From NCBI GenBank assembly GCA_030390025.1, contig CM059432.1, forward strand, positions 42,224,001 to 42,288,000: a stretch of 64,000 bases of DNA. Reading direction: 5' to 3'. Positions within the stretch are counted from its first letter, which is position 1. Each line of letters begins with the position of its first letter. The position numbers and the translations under genes were made by a program. This document shows positions 1 to 12,139 of this stretch, one piece after another. Source of the DNA: Squalus acanthias. Its lineage: Eukaryota. Under the pieces are notes generated by a model. It did not search any database, was not told the DNA's origin, and worked only from the letters and a program-made list of their open reading frames with translations.

Positions 1-366
1 TGGTGGGAGTGCCTATAGCAGGAGCAGTTGTGCAATGGGAGTGGAATATGTTGCGCTGTCTCAGGAAGACAGCACCCTCGGTGCCCCTTCAACCAATACC
101 AGAGAGCCAGCTGGGCCGCAATGCTCCAGCATTTGCCAAGTTGCAACAGTCTGCAGCCAGGCTTACTGACCACAAGCATCTCAAGAGCCTTTGTCTGAGC
201 CACAGCAGCCTTCCACCCCGCAAACTGAAGCCACTGGGGGAGATCCTCATCGGAATAGTAGAGCAGGTAAGAAAGCACTTAAGAAAGGCACTCTGGATTC
301 ATACCTGGGTGATAATTAATTTGCAGGCATTAGTGTAAGCCAGTAAAATGATAAATGATAAATCTG

Positions 367-977
367 CTGTACATGGACCATGTACAGCAGGCACCTCAAA
401 GCACTGGAGAGGTACCACCAATGCTGCCTCCACAAGATCCTGCAAATCCATTGGCAGGATAGGCGTACCAACGTCAGTGTTCTCGCTCAGGCCAACATCC
501 CCAGCATCGAAGCTTTGACCACGCTCAATCAGCTCCGATGGACGGGTCACATTGTCCGCATGCCCGATACGAGACTCCCAAAACAAGTGCTCTACTCGGA
601 GCTCTGACACGACAAGAGAGCCCCAGGTGGGCAGAGGAAACGCTTCAAGGACACCCTCCAAGCCTCCTTGAAAAAGTGCAACATCCCCACTGACACCTGG
701 GAATCCCTGGCCCAAAAGTGGAGGAGAAGCATCCGGGAAGGTGCCGAACACCTCGAGTATCTTCGCCGGGAGCAAGCGGAAGCCAAGCACAAGCAGCGCA
801 AGGAGCGCTCGTCAACCCAAGCACCCCACCCACCTGCCCCTTCATCCACCGTCTGCCACACCTGTGACAGAGACTGTAGGTCCCGCATTGGACTCATCAG
901 TCACCTGAGAAATCATTTTTAATGTGGAAGCAAGTCATCCTCGGTTCCGAGGGACTGCCTCAGAAGAAGAAGAAGAA
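367..977 (+). mobile_element. RTE-clade LINE 3' fragment (5'-truncated, in-frame stop)
   Basis: ORFs 380-607 (HWQDRRTNVSVL, QLRWTGHIVRMPDTRLPKQVLYSEL) and 668-922 (C2H2-like CHTCDRDCRSRIGLISH) match the RTE/BovB-type C-terminus. The fragment ends in an (AAG)n tail at ~962-977. Confidence 0.85.
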
Positions 978-1648
978 ATCTTTGTGTGCTGTAGGACATG
1001 CAGAATTAAACCTCGCTCCGTCCAACAGGTTATAGAGTTCGGACTTGAGACTTATGAGAAATTACACGAGACACACGGGTTCTGATTTTAACCTTTTATT
1101 GTTCCAAAGACAGATTCAAAACCCCAACCACTATTCGAGCAGTACACCAATAATGTTACAAGAAATCATACATACAACCACTCACAGATGATCAGTCCAG
1201 CATTGATTGTAGGCTACTTACTTTCGACTGCAGCTCTTCGTCTTTCGACTGCAGCGCTTTGAGTTGGGTTGACCAGCCAGGCCCCTCCTTCTGACTGCAA
1301 TGCCGATATTTTTAGTCACTGGTTTTTTTATACAGTTTTCCTTGCCTTTTTCAGTAAATCAATCATTCAGAGATTGTGAGATGTTCCTTTAATGTTCGAC
1401 CTAAGTTGTTTGAGCTGTCAAACTTTCACACTCACACATCCTGTGTGGTTATCCGTTAGTTGCCTTTATCAAAGCCCAAAATTATTCATTCACTCATAAA
1501 AGTTTACAAAAGCGGCAGAAAACCACTTGGTCACATTTCACATATTACGTTGCATCCTGTATTTCAGAACTTCAAAGGTTTGACTCCTCCCCTTCAGCCA
1601 CCAAAAGTCATTCTACAACTTTGTGGCCTGTTTTGTTGTAGACACAAA

Positions 1649-2387
1649 GGGCTGGATTTTCATTGACCCGTGGAGGTGGGTTTGGAGGCGTGTGGGAGGT
1701 TAAAATTGCGAAAACTGGTGGGCGGGCACAAGCCCGCCTCCATCCCGCCTCCACGCAATTTTCATTAAATCGTGTCTGCTGGTCCCGACTCTGTCCCGCC
1801 TCTAAGAGGCGGGATAGGCTGTTAAGGCCCTTAACAAGCACTAAATTGCCTCTATAATACCATTTTGAAAGGCCTTTGTGATTTTAACCCTTTTTCTACG
1901 TGAAGCACGCCTGTTCTGAACCACGAATGTGAAACCTGGCGGGCGGACATTTGGTTGGCTGGCTGGCTGGCTGGCTGGCTGGATGACATATCTGGGAGTG
2001 GTGGTGGATGGGAGACATATCTGGGAGTGGTGGTGGATGGGAGACATATCTGGGAGTGGTGGTGGATGGGAGACATATCTGGGAGTGGTGGTGCAAAAAT
2101 ATCTGGGAGCAGACTTAGGGCTGCTGCTGCTCATTTTGCATCGACGTCCTCTCACAGCAAAGGCCAGGCAGTCTTTGCAGACCTTCAATGCAGCAGCAAT
2201 GATGACATCATCAGAGGCGACTTTCAGACTGAAAACACTAATTGGGTCATGGGTTCCCACATGCTGGAACTCAATTGCCCAATTAGGTAAAAATCGCATC
2301 AATCTCCCACATCCAATTGCAGTCGGGTGGATAACATGAAAAGTGGATGACACGACCCCAACCCGCCCCAGTATTAAAATCCAGCCC
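1649..2387. mobile_element. Non-autonomous Harbinger-type MITE, copy 1
   Basis: Perfect 12-bp TIRs GGGCTGGATTTT/AAAATCCAGCCC with a 3-bp AAA TSD (1646-1648, 2388-2390). Both ends closely match a reverse-complement copy at 53849-54574. Confidence 0.85.
1952..2093 (+). repeat. (GGCT)n microsatellite followed by a 29-bp minisatellite (~3.7 units) inside the MITE
   Basis: Unit GACATATCTGGGAGTGGTGGTGGATGGGA starts at 1985, 2014 and 2043, with a partial unit at 2072. Confidence 0.9.
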
Positions 2388-2682
2388 AAAGTCTGCAAAT
2401 CTAAGGGGGTTTGTTTATCTCTGTTGTCTATGACTACCCCCTGCAGTCACAACCATTTGTTCTGTCGATATCTACTATCTGATACCTAGCTCTTGAAATA
2501 TCTCCATCACAAAGCAGCTTCCAAATACAACAGTTCCTTTTGAAAGCACATTTGCTCCCAAATGTTTGCTGCCTTTTAGCAAAGCACATTCCATGACCAC
2601 TTATCAGTGAAAGACAGTCTGTCACAACTTTATTTGAGAAGTCGCACAACACCAGGTTATAGTCCAACAGATTTATTTAATT

Positions 2683-2721
2683 TTACAAGCTTTCGGAGCG
2701 GTTCGCTCCTTCCTCAGGTAA
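2683..2721 (-). ncRNA. Minimal hammerhead ribozyme (inverted copy, PLE family 1)
   Basis: Exact reverse complement of 4767-4805. Confidence 0.83.
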
Positions 2722-2951
2722 GTTAGCAGTGAGAGAATCTCCCAGAATTCACAATTTAAACACAGACAAAATCTATTCAAATCTTTCCCCACATCAAAGA
2801 CACACTAAGAGCACAGCCAAGACAATGAGATGTGTCCCAGGGGGTCCAATGTGTCAAACCACCTGCTGGCTGCATATCCTGTCAATTTGTGTTGGTTCTT
2901 GTGTTAGTCTTTTAAAAAAAAACACCTGGGAAGACCGGCCATGATGTCAAG

Positions 2952-3671
2952 TCACGTTCTGTATCGTGACATGAACCCGATATCGCGATTGAGGCCATCC
3001 TCATGAGTGCGGAACTTGGCTATCAGTTTCTGCTCTATGATTTTGCGCTGTCGTGTATCCCGAAGGCCGCCTTGGAGAACGCTTACCCGCAGATCCGAGG
3101 CTGAATGCCCCTGGCTGCTGAAGTGTTCCCCGACTGGGAGGCAACCCTCCTGCCTGGCGATTGTTGCGCGGTGTCCGTTCATACGTTGTCTCAGTGTCTG
3201 CATGGTCTCGCCGATGTACCATGCTCTGGAGCATCCTTTACTGCAACGTATCAGGTAGACAACGTTGGCCGAGTCACATGAGTATGTACCGTGTACCTGG
3301 TGGGTAGTGTCCTCACGTGTGATGATGGTATCTGTGTCCATGATTTGGCATGTCTTGCAGAGGTTGCCGTGGCAGGGTTGTGTGGTGTCTTGGTTGCTGT
3401 TCTCCTGAAAGATGGGTAATCTGCTGCGAACGATGGTACTTTTGAGGTTAGGCGGCTGCTTGAAGGCGAGTAGTGGAGGCGTGGGGATGGCCTTAGCAAG
3501 GTGTTTGTCGTCCTCGATGACATGTTGAAGGCTGCGAAGAACATGGCGTAGTTTTTCCGCTCCGGGGAAGTACTGGACGACGTAGGGTACTCTGTTGGTT
3601 GTGTCCCGTGTTCGTCTTCTGAGGAGGTCTATGCGGTTTTTCGCTGTGGCCCGTCGGAACTGTCGATCGAC
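2952..3671 (-). pseudogene. Inverted duplicate of the PLE GIY-YIG coding region
   Basis: ORF 2952-3698(-) is nearly identical to the C-terminal ~240 aa of the + strand ORF. Confidence 0.88.
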
Positions 3672-4533
3672 ACACCCTAACCACGTTAAAGAAGCCATCC
3701 CCTATGGACAAGCCCTGCGAATACACAGGATCTGCTCAGACGAGGAGGAACGCGATGGACACCTACGGACACTGAAAGACGCCCTCGTAAGAACGGGATA
3801 TGACGCTCGACTCGTCGATCGACAGTTCCGACGGGCCACAGCGAAAAACCGCATAGACCTCCTCAGAAGACGAACACGGGACACAACCAACAGAGTACCC
3901 TACGTCGTCCAGTACTTCCCCGGAGCGGAAAAACTACGCCATGTTCTTCGCAGCCTTCAACATGTCATCGATGACGACGAACACCTTGCTAAGGCCATCC
4001 CCACGCCTCCACTACTCGCCTTCAAGCAGCCGCCTAACCTCAAAAGTACCATCGTTCGCAGCAGATTACCCATTTTTCAGGAGAACAGCAACCAAGACAC
4101 CACACAACCCTGCCACGGCAACCTCTGCAAGACATGCCAAATCATGGACACAGATACCATCATCACACGTGAGGACACTACCCACCAGGTACACGGTACA
4201 TACTCATGTGACTCGGCCAACGTTGTCTACCTGATACGTTGCAGTAAAGGATGCTCCAGAGCATGGTACATCGGCGAGACCATGCAGACACTGAGACAAC
4301 GTATGAACGGACACCGCGCAACAATCGCCAGGCAGGAGGGTTGCCTCCCAGTCGGGGAACACTTCAGCAGCCAGGGGCATTCAGCCTCGGATCTGCGGGT
4401 AAGCGTTCTCCAAGGCGGCCTTCGGGATACACGACAGCGCAAAATCATAGAGCAGAAACTGATAGCCAAGTTCCGCACTCATGAGGATGGCCTCAATCGC
4501 GATATCGGGTTCATGTCACGATACAGAACGTGA
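3672..4533 (+). CDS. PLE family 1 ORF C-terminal part: RT thumb/linker plus GIY-YIG endonuclease (5'-truncated)
   Basis: Motifs IPYGQALRIHRICS, CHGNLCKTC and NVVYLIRC...WYIGETMQTLRQRMNGH...EQKLI...GLN. The first ~25 aa of the listed ORF 3595-4533 come from the inverted arm and are not genuine. Confidence 0.88.
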
Positions 4534-4766
4534 CTTGACATCATGGCCGGTCTTCCCAGGTGGTTTTTTTTAAAAAAAGACTAACACAAGAACCAACACA
4601 AATTGACAGGATATGCAGCCAGCAGGTGGTTTGACACGTTGGACCCCCTGGGACACATCTCATTGTCTTGGCTGTGCTCTTAGTGTGTCTTTGATGTGGG
4701 GAAAGATTTGAATAGATTTTGTCTGTGTTTAAATTGTGAATTCTGGGAGATTCTCTCACTGCTAAC

Positions 4767-4805
4767 TTACCTGAGGAAGGAGCGAACCGCTCCGAAAGCT
4801 TGTAA
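4767..4805 (+). ncRNA. Minimal hammerhead ribozyme (PLE family 1)
   Basis: UUAC-CUGAGGA-A-GGAGCG(AAC)CGCUCC-GAAAGCUU-GUAA. It has the CUGAnGA and GAAA core, stem I UUAC/GUAA, a stem II, and palindromic AAGCUU as stem III. Confidence 0.85.
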
Positions 4806-5131
4806 AATTAAATAAATCTGTTGGACTATAACCTGGTGTTGTGCGACTTCTCATTTTTGTCCACCCCAGTCCAACGCCGGCATCTCCACATCATGACAAC
4901 TTTATTTCACTTCGAAAAAACCTTTTGGGCTTGCAAAGCATTTTAATATATACCAAAATTAGGGTCTGTGTATACTTGCGGAGCAGTGTGTTCCTATAAT
5001 TGCTGGTGACCCTGCAATGTCAGGTGATATGAATATCAATGTTAGTCTTTGGGCGGAAGTACTTTATTGGAGGGTGGGAGGACTGGGACAGATGTTGGAC
5101 ATGACTATTAATGCAGGGGAGCAGAGCGTGT

Positions 5132-5353
5132 TCAGCTGAAACGCTCTTTAATGAGCTGGTGCTGAAGAGCTCTGGCTCCAGGCAGGCGCTGGAGGCCTCC
5201 TGCTTCCTCACCATCCTCAATGTCATTAGTGTCATCTCCCTCATCTTGCTGAAGGCCCTTGTCCAGTGATGGCTCTATGTGTTGGCACTATTGCAAAATT
5301 ATGCAGCATACAGCAAACCGCTATCATACAGGACACTATTTCTGGGCAGTATT
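5132..5353 (-). pseudogene. Decayed Harbinger transposase C-terminal fragment
   Basis: Manual minus-strand translation gives YCPEIVSCMIAVCCMLHNFA, then an acidic tract, then ARALQHQLIKERFS*. This parallels QYSPEQVSNFVVVCCMLHNMA...ARAVRQRLIASRF* in the intact transposase. Confidence 0.7.
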
Positions 5354-5496
5354 TTCTGATGGTGGATGCAGTGTGGTAGTTGGGTGGGGATGGAGTAGCA
5401 AATGATCACAGGCTGTATTTTTAGGTGGCAGGGGTTGGGCACTGATGAGGGGAGTGATCAAGCTAGGTAATCGGTTAGGAAGTTACAGAAAAGAAC

Positions 5497-5834
5497 GTGA
5501 GTTCAAAATCCCACCACGGCAGCCAGGGAATTTAAATTCAGTTAATTAAAAAAAAAATCTGGAATAAAAAGCTAGCGTCAGTAATGATGACCATGAAACT
5601 ACCGGATTGTTGTAAAAACCCATTTGGCTCACTAATGTCCTTTAGGGAAGGAAATCTGCCATCCTTACCCAGTCTGGCCTATATGTGACTGCAGACCCAC
5701 AACAATGTTGTTGACTCTTAACTGCCCTCTGAAATGGTGGCTCACCACCACCTTCTCAAGGGTAATTAGGGATGGGCAATAAATGCTGGCCTTGCCAGCG
5801 ATGCACACATCCCATGAACAAATAAAAAGAAAAA
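5497..5834 (+). mobile_element. SINE (5'-truncated) sharing the head and tail of the LINE at 44701-47948
   Basis: B-box-like GAGTTCAAAATCC, body GGAAGGAAATCTGCC...GACTCTTAACTGCCCTCTG, and tail GGGATGGGCAATAAATGCTGGCC. Confidence 0.85.
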
Positions 5835-6825
5835 TTGGCGGGGTGGTGGGGGTGGGTGCGGATGGTTCCAAGGTGTGGTAGGAAATCTGGTCCTAGCTAC
5901 AGGTTTGTTTTAGGGTGGCAGGTCAAAGGCAGGTGCGGGAGCTGTCCAGGCAAGGATGCAGGCTGACTTTCACATTGTGAATGGGGTGTGGAGAGGAATC
6001 CAGCTGGAGCACAAGGCAAACAGGAAACCAACCTGAAGGGGGAGGAGCTGTAATGGGTTTGTGTAATATTTGTTTCCCCAGCCTTATATTACATGATTTT
6101 GCTTATGCCATGCTCTGTCTTCGCATATTCCAGTACTGCTTCTTCTCCTAGCCCAGCATACTCTCTCTTCCTGTACATTTACTGCTTCTGAATATGCACT
6201 TGCTCCCATTGCTTTCACTAGCTATTTCCAATTCTGCCACTTTTTGACACTTTGTATGCTACCCTTGACCTCACTGCCCTCTTATCTCTGCTCTTCCTGA
6301 TTCTGCTCCCACCTCTACTTCTCTTCTTATTTGCCCCATTGTGTCACTATCATGACTTTTACCATTTGTTCACTCCCATCGTATCTCAACAGTTTGACCT
6401 TCCACTTCCCACCAGCCCTTAATCGCCTTCATCCTGCCATGCACTTCAGGTCCCTGTGAGACCCCTCACTTACCGTGCATCCCCTGACCCCTCTACATGA
6501 CCCTCATCCCATCACCTCAAATCCCTAACCTCCATTTACTCCATTATGCTCTATGCTCCAATTATGTGTTCTATATCAACATGACTTCAAAACCGGCTTC
6601 CCTCTGTTTGTTGTAAGGTACTTGCTGCACCATATGCCCATCTAGCCTCTGTACCTTGATCTGTACCTTGTTCCTGGGTCACCTGTCCTACGCCTTACAG
6701 CTATTTGTTTACTCCATTTTCTCAAATTCCAATGATTGCCATATCTCCTCATCTCACTCTGTCCTATCTGTTCTCCAGTGTAACCTAACCCACCATCTTT
6801 ACTGCTCAGGCCTCTATGTGCATTT

Positions 6826-7136
6826 CCAGATTTTTAAAACTGAATTTAAAAAACAATCTGGAAATAAAAACCTGGTATCAGTAAAAGTGACAATAAAGCT
6901 GTTGAATTGTCATTAAAAACCCAACTAGTTCACTCATTTCTTTAGGAAAGGAAACCTGTCGTCCTTACCCGGTCTGGCTTATTTGTGAGTCCAGTTCCAC
7001 ACCAATGTAATTGACTCATAACTGCCCTCCAAAGAAGCCTAGCAAGTCCAACACCAACTTCTTAGCGCAACCAGGGATAGCCAATAAATGCTGTCCTTGC
7101 CAGTGATGCGCACATGTTGAGAATTAACTTTTATAA
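6826..7136 (+). mobile_element. Diverged copy of the same SINE
   Basis: Body GGAAAGGAAACCTGTCGTCCTTACCCGGTCTGG and tail CAATAAATGCTGTCCTTGCCAG. Confidence 0.75.
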
Positions 7137-7334
7137 AACCTCACGCATATGCATTTTTCTATCTATCTATATTTTTATATCATACAGATAGATAGATACA
7201 TGAGGGGTAATTTTGACTGGATGATAGTGTAAGTCATTTCCTAGACATAAAAATCAGGAGAGATGTATAACGAGTAGCTGAATCAATATCGTTCGTTTTA
7301 CGCTATCACCCAAAGTCAAACTTACTAAATGGTT

Positions 7335-7530
7335 ATGCCCCATTTAGAATGCTGTGTCCAGTTTTGTTCCTCTCACATGGTGGGTGATATGAAGGCCCTG
7401 GAAAAGGTTCAGAGGAGGGCGCCAAAGAATGATCTCTAGTTTAAAACAACTTAGTTATCACGAGGCTTAGAGAACTGGGTCTTTTTACTCTAGAAAAGCA
7501 TAGACAAGGGGATTTGATTGAGCTTGCTGC
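7335..7530 (+). mobile_element. Old CR1 LINE ORF2 fragment
   Basis: Translates in part as LECCVQF...KALEKVQRRA, the CR1 C-terminal motif. Confidence 0.55.
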
Positions 7531-10500
7531 TCATTTTTAAAGGAGGCCTGATTATGAAAATGGTTCGGGCCTGTGCTGAGTTACATTGGGCTGGTGTTGG
7601 GCTTGTACTGCCCACCAAGGCTTCTCCCCTCCACCCCCCCACCACCCCCCCCCCACTCCACGATGAATGATTCACATCAAAATCGCCCGACTAAGTTTAT
7701 AAAATTACATTTTTCTTTGGACATTGGTACTCTCCAATATCAAGCAAACACAAATCACAAAAAAATCCTAAGTTCTTCATCGTAATAGAATAATTTTATG
7801 AAAAGTATAGGGTTTTCTCCCTAGTGACAGAAGTGTAGAGGGTTTGTGTTGCTTTTAGCAGTGAAGGCAGGACTGATCAGTAAATTGTGGAAACAACTTC
7901 TTGTATCTTTTATAAACAAAATTCCTGCATGTATTTGCTGCAGCAGCTGTCAACATTTTCTTCATCCCACCCCCTTCAATAACAAGAATCCCCATAGCCC
8001 TGATTATTAATAATATCTCACATCTACAAAATCTCCACAGAAAGCATTTATGGGTTAAATTTTATTTACGTTGCTTCTGTTTTCATTAAGTGCCGCCTTA
8101 ACTGCCAGAGGCTAAATCTAATTTATTCAGCACCACAAAGTTTGGTGCACCAAATTAACACAGATAAAATTATTTACATGTATCTATGTTGTGCTTTATA
8201 GTGGCACCAGAATTATAAGATTGTCAGAGATGATTTATCATCACACAGAACAGGGCTTTTAAAGAGTATTTACTCCCAAAGTAAAAAAATTATATTATTA
8301 AATATATCAAAATGGCACTAACATTATTGAAACATCTTGCCTTTTCTACTTTGTAATTTTCTCTGCTTCTTTCCTGGAAAAAGGGTTCCTTAGTCTTTAC
8401 CAAGTCAATTCTGTGTTTTTTAAAATCTTGAACAACTCATTTACATGAATTGAAAACAATTGTGATCAATGTTAATAAATATCAGTTAACGTTTCCACTA
8501 ACCTGACCAATATCACTGCTTAAATAGACAATATCCCTTTGATCAATATTATTGTCATGGATGTAAAAATAAACGTAAACAACAATTTTTTGGGGTGCGG
8601 GTTGGTGAGAATTTATTCAGTCTTGTCATTAAGCTTAAGGCTTTAGAAATACAAGTAACAAAGATTGCAATTTAAAAAATTTATATTTCCTTAAGTAATT
8701 GAAATCACTGTAAGTCACTGCTTCGTAGCACTGGGGCTGATGTTGTAAAAGAAACAAATAAAATCGTCATAATATTTCTGAAGGACAAAGATGTAATTAA
8801 TTTATTAAAATAATCTTTTGAAATAACTATAGGTGACCTAGGAGTTTTTAACATGGAGGCAAATTGCCTCTTATTGTTTTGTTGTACTCAGATGTTATAT
8901 TTAAATCTGTGTTTTTGATAATTCATAAATCCTGCCGTATACCACAGAGACATCATTACTGCATTGCAGTGGGACACAGCTTTCCCGAGGAAGCTAGGAT
9001 GTAAAGATCAAAGGTGGTAGTTTGGGGCTAAAATATAGGTTGCCATCAGCAATAATAATGTGAAATGCAGGGTCAGTGAGCTGGAGTTATTGAAAGACAG
9101 GGCGGAGATAGGCTTGGCCATATGGTGAATGCCAAAACCAGGGCAGAACTGTCATGGCTAAGCAAGCTCATAATGCAGGTGAAAGGAAATTGTGATGAAG
9201 GAAAAACATGCATCCTGCCATGAAGAAATGAGGACAGAGGCTGAGGGCAACACACTGCCCGCTGACTGACACTTGCACTGATAAGACGGAACATCAGAAG
9301 TTGTTCTTTGGCAATGCAAACTTGATTAGGGCAGATAGGCCCCCATCAGGCCTATTCACTGGCAGATGAACATGAAGGTTTCTCGGATCCAGCATGCCTG
9401 ACTGCAGCATCGCAGCCTCTCTGTCACTATCCTGACAAAATAAGAACGTGATTAGTAATTCGGCATTAGGCAACTGGAGCATCTTTCGTACTGAAGGCGA
9501 TTTTGATAAAAAGAGAAAGTCATGACATTGTAGATTAATTGGGACATCTGGGTAAATGTGCAGGAAAATAATTTTTATAAAGGAATAATCGAGAATTCCA
9601 GTAAAAATGAAAAGAACCTTGACTGTTAAAGAAGAATTGAAATTCTTAGCTCTTGTAAAAGGCTGTCTACTGGAAATACTAACCTGTCTTTTCTCTGTTC
9701 AGATGCTGACAGATCTGTTGTATAGTTTCAGCATATCCTGATTTTATTTCAGATTTGCCACATTTGCAGTTTTTCTTTTATCTCAAAATCATTGTTTGTT
9801 GTACAGTAAATTATCATTGCCCAATGTATATCATAATTGTTTTTATCTTAAAGAATGAGCCACATTTCTATCACTCCCTGCCCCCATTTTTATTATATAT
9901 TTTCCCTCTCCCTTTGTAGTTCCAATCCATGGCCAATGCTGCTCTTGAGCTAGGAAGTGCATAAAAGTAACTGAACCTCTGGTTTTTCTTTACCTTCTAT
10001 GTCAAATGATGTCAGAGGCAAAATATTCTTCTTTTGTTGTCCTAATTCCTTCGCTGCTTTCCATGATAAATGCAATGCAGTAGCCCCTGGAAGGAATACT
10101 TTTCTCTCTGAGAGTGTTATAATGAATTCAAATATTTAAGTTACATGTCAGCCATTTTATGGGAGTCTATTGTTTAAGATTAGATGCATAGTGCATTCAG
10201 GTCGTGAAATCATTCAGAAATTCAAAAATCATGCTCCGCGCCTTTGTTTTATGGCTTTGTGTCTTCACAGTGGACTGGAGTCCATGCAGTGGAAATTCTC
10301 ATGTATTTGATTTAGTAGAAAACTATCACTAGAAAAGGAAAAAAACACAGCTAGCTTATTGTCCTTATTCCTGCCATCTCTAGCATGAAATTGGTAAGCG
10401 TTTCAAAACGTTGGTGACATGTCTTGCACAGATCAGCATGCCAACTCCAACAACGTTAATAATGTTGAGCACTTTTAGGCTATCTCCCTCTCTGAAACGA

Positions 10501-11044
10501 TGACCATCCACCTTTAAAATACTTATATATCTTTGCGATATTTGGAAGATTCCAAGTTGCTGTCATATATATCACTTGGACCTTATTGCTCCCCAGTGAT
10601 CCACTGGATTTTTCACCAGATTAAAAAATGGTATTTGTGCTTGTGCTGCAGTTTCTGTGATTATTTTCTGATTTGTATTCATTGATATGGTCAAGGAATG
10701 TGACACTTCAACTACCCATTTTACTTCACTGAGGTTACTATGACACAGTTTTAAGTCACTAGTCACTTGAGTTGACTAGTATTACATCTACCGCTTGCAT
10801 CTGTAACATGTCTTTACATTCCTGACTGCCCTCAAAGGTAACTGATACTCTGCTCATCTCGCACCCTGTAAAATGAACCACCGGCACATGTAAGATGGTG
10901 CAGAAGCATATCTCTCTCATACACCCTCCCATTCAGCCCTGGCGAGGTGAAATAGAAATAGCGACCAAGATCAGAAGGGGCAAAAAGGTGAAATCGAGGA
11001 GAAGCTGTTTCATTACAAGGCCATCTTTTGTAGTTTAAATCGAT

Positions 11045-11550
11045 TTATCAACAAATCATCTATGTATGTAACATCTTGCTGTCACACATCTATCATATAT
11101 CTATCAAAGTATACCCAGTATGTATCTATCATTCATCTTTCTGTCTATTATATATCTATTAAACTACATAGAAATCTATCATAGATAATATTATTCATAT
11201 GTCCATCTATCTATCTGTCATACAGCTATCTCTATCATTTGTCTTTCTCTTCATAGAGCTATCAAACTACCTGTCTATCTGTTGATCTATTCATCTGTAT
11301 ATAGTTATATCTATCATTCTAAACCTCTGTTTATCGATATAGATTCAGATATAGATCGATAGCTAGAGAGATAGAAAAATAGATTGATTGATCGATCCTG
11401 TATCCATCCATATCTATCCATCTATATCTGTATCTATTCATCTGTGTATATCTGTCTGCCCACATCTATATTTATCTATATCATTATCAAACTGCCTGTA
11501 TATCTTATTTGTCTATCTATCTATATCTATCCATCTGCGAATCTGTCTAG
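11045..11550. repeat. Degenerate (TCTA/TAGA)n low-complexity tract
   Basis: Repeated ATCT/TCTA units throughout. Confidence 0.85.
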
Positions 11551-11582
11551 TTTTTCTGCAGTATTCTGAAGAAAAGAACATT

Positions 11583-12139
11583 GGGGTAGATTCTCGTCTA
11601 GGCCTCTGTCCGGACCCAGATTCTGAACCGAGAGGCCCAAGGATCACCAGGAATTGGTCCTCGGACCTCATCTACATATTAGTGGTGAGCTGCTGGTGCC
11701 TCCACAGGCAGCTCGCCCAACTGGAGAAATCAATTTTGGGTCACCTACCTCCATTGACAGCAGGCCTTGGGTAAGTCTCGGAAGGGGGGCTGGTTGTGCG
11801 CTACGGGTGGGGGGGGATGCGGGTGACTGTGGAGTCGGGGGAGCATTCCTCTCCTGGCTCCACAGGAAGGTTTTTTTCTTGGTGCCTGCTGAAGAATTCT
11901 GAGTGGGGCACGCCTGATGCCAGCAAGGGGTCTTTCAACAGGCATTAGGCCCTCAATTACATATGCAAGGGGCCTAACGCCTATTTTAGGAGGCCATCTG
12001 AGACGCATAAACAATGGGCCTGATGGATTTAGCAGTGGGCCGAATGCCTGCACGGATTGGGCGCAGGCCGCCCCCCTGCTAAATTGGTCAGCGCAGCACC
12101 CATTTGTTGCCCGACAAATTGCTGACCAATTTCTACCCC
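11583..12139. mobile_element. Harbinger-type MITE
   Basis: Termini GGGGTAGA...TCTACCCC resemble the autonomous element's TIR. GC-rich interior; flanks are ATT and GTT. Confidence 0.6.

Larger units (their letters stand above)
2636..4895 (+). mobile_element. Penelope-like element family 1, 5'-truncated, with a ~1 kb inverted copy of its 3' part
   Basis: 12-bp TSD ACAACTTTATTT at 2624-2635 and 4896-4907. Arms 2636-3671 and 3814-4852 are reverse complements. Contains a GIY-YIG ORF and a hammerhead motif. Confidence 0.93.

Noticed and set aside
1985..2093. 29-bp repeats as a CRISPR array
   Set aside because: The units are head-to-tail with no spacers, there are no cas genes, and the context is a eukaryotic MITE.
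2636..4852. Palindrome as an assembly artefact
   Set aside because: There is a single flanking TSD, the arms differ at several positions, and smaller copies show the same architecture. Long reads would still be the final test.
10572..10870. Host exon on the minus strand after an acceptor-like TTTTACAG
   Set aside because: All three frames reach stops and the peptide is not recognisable.
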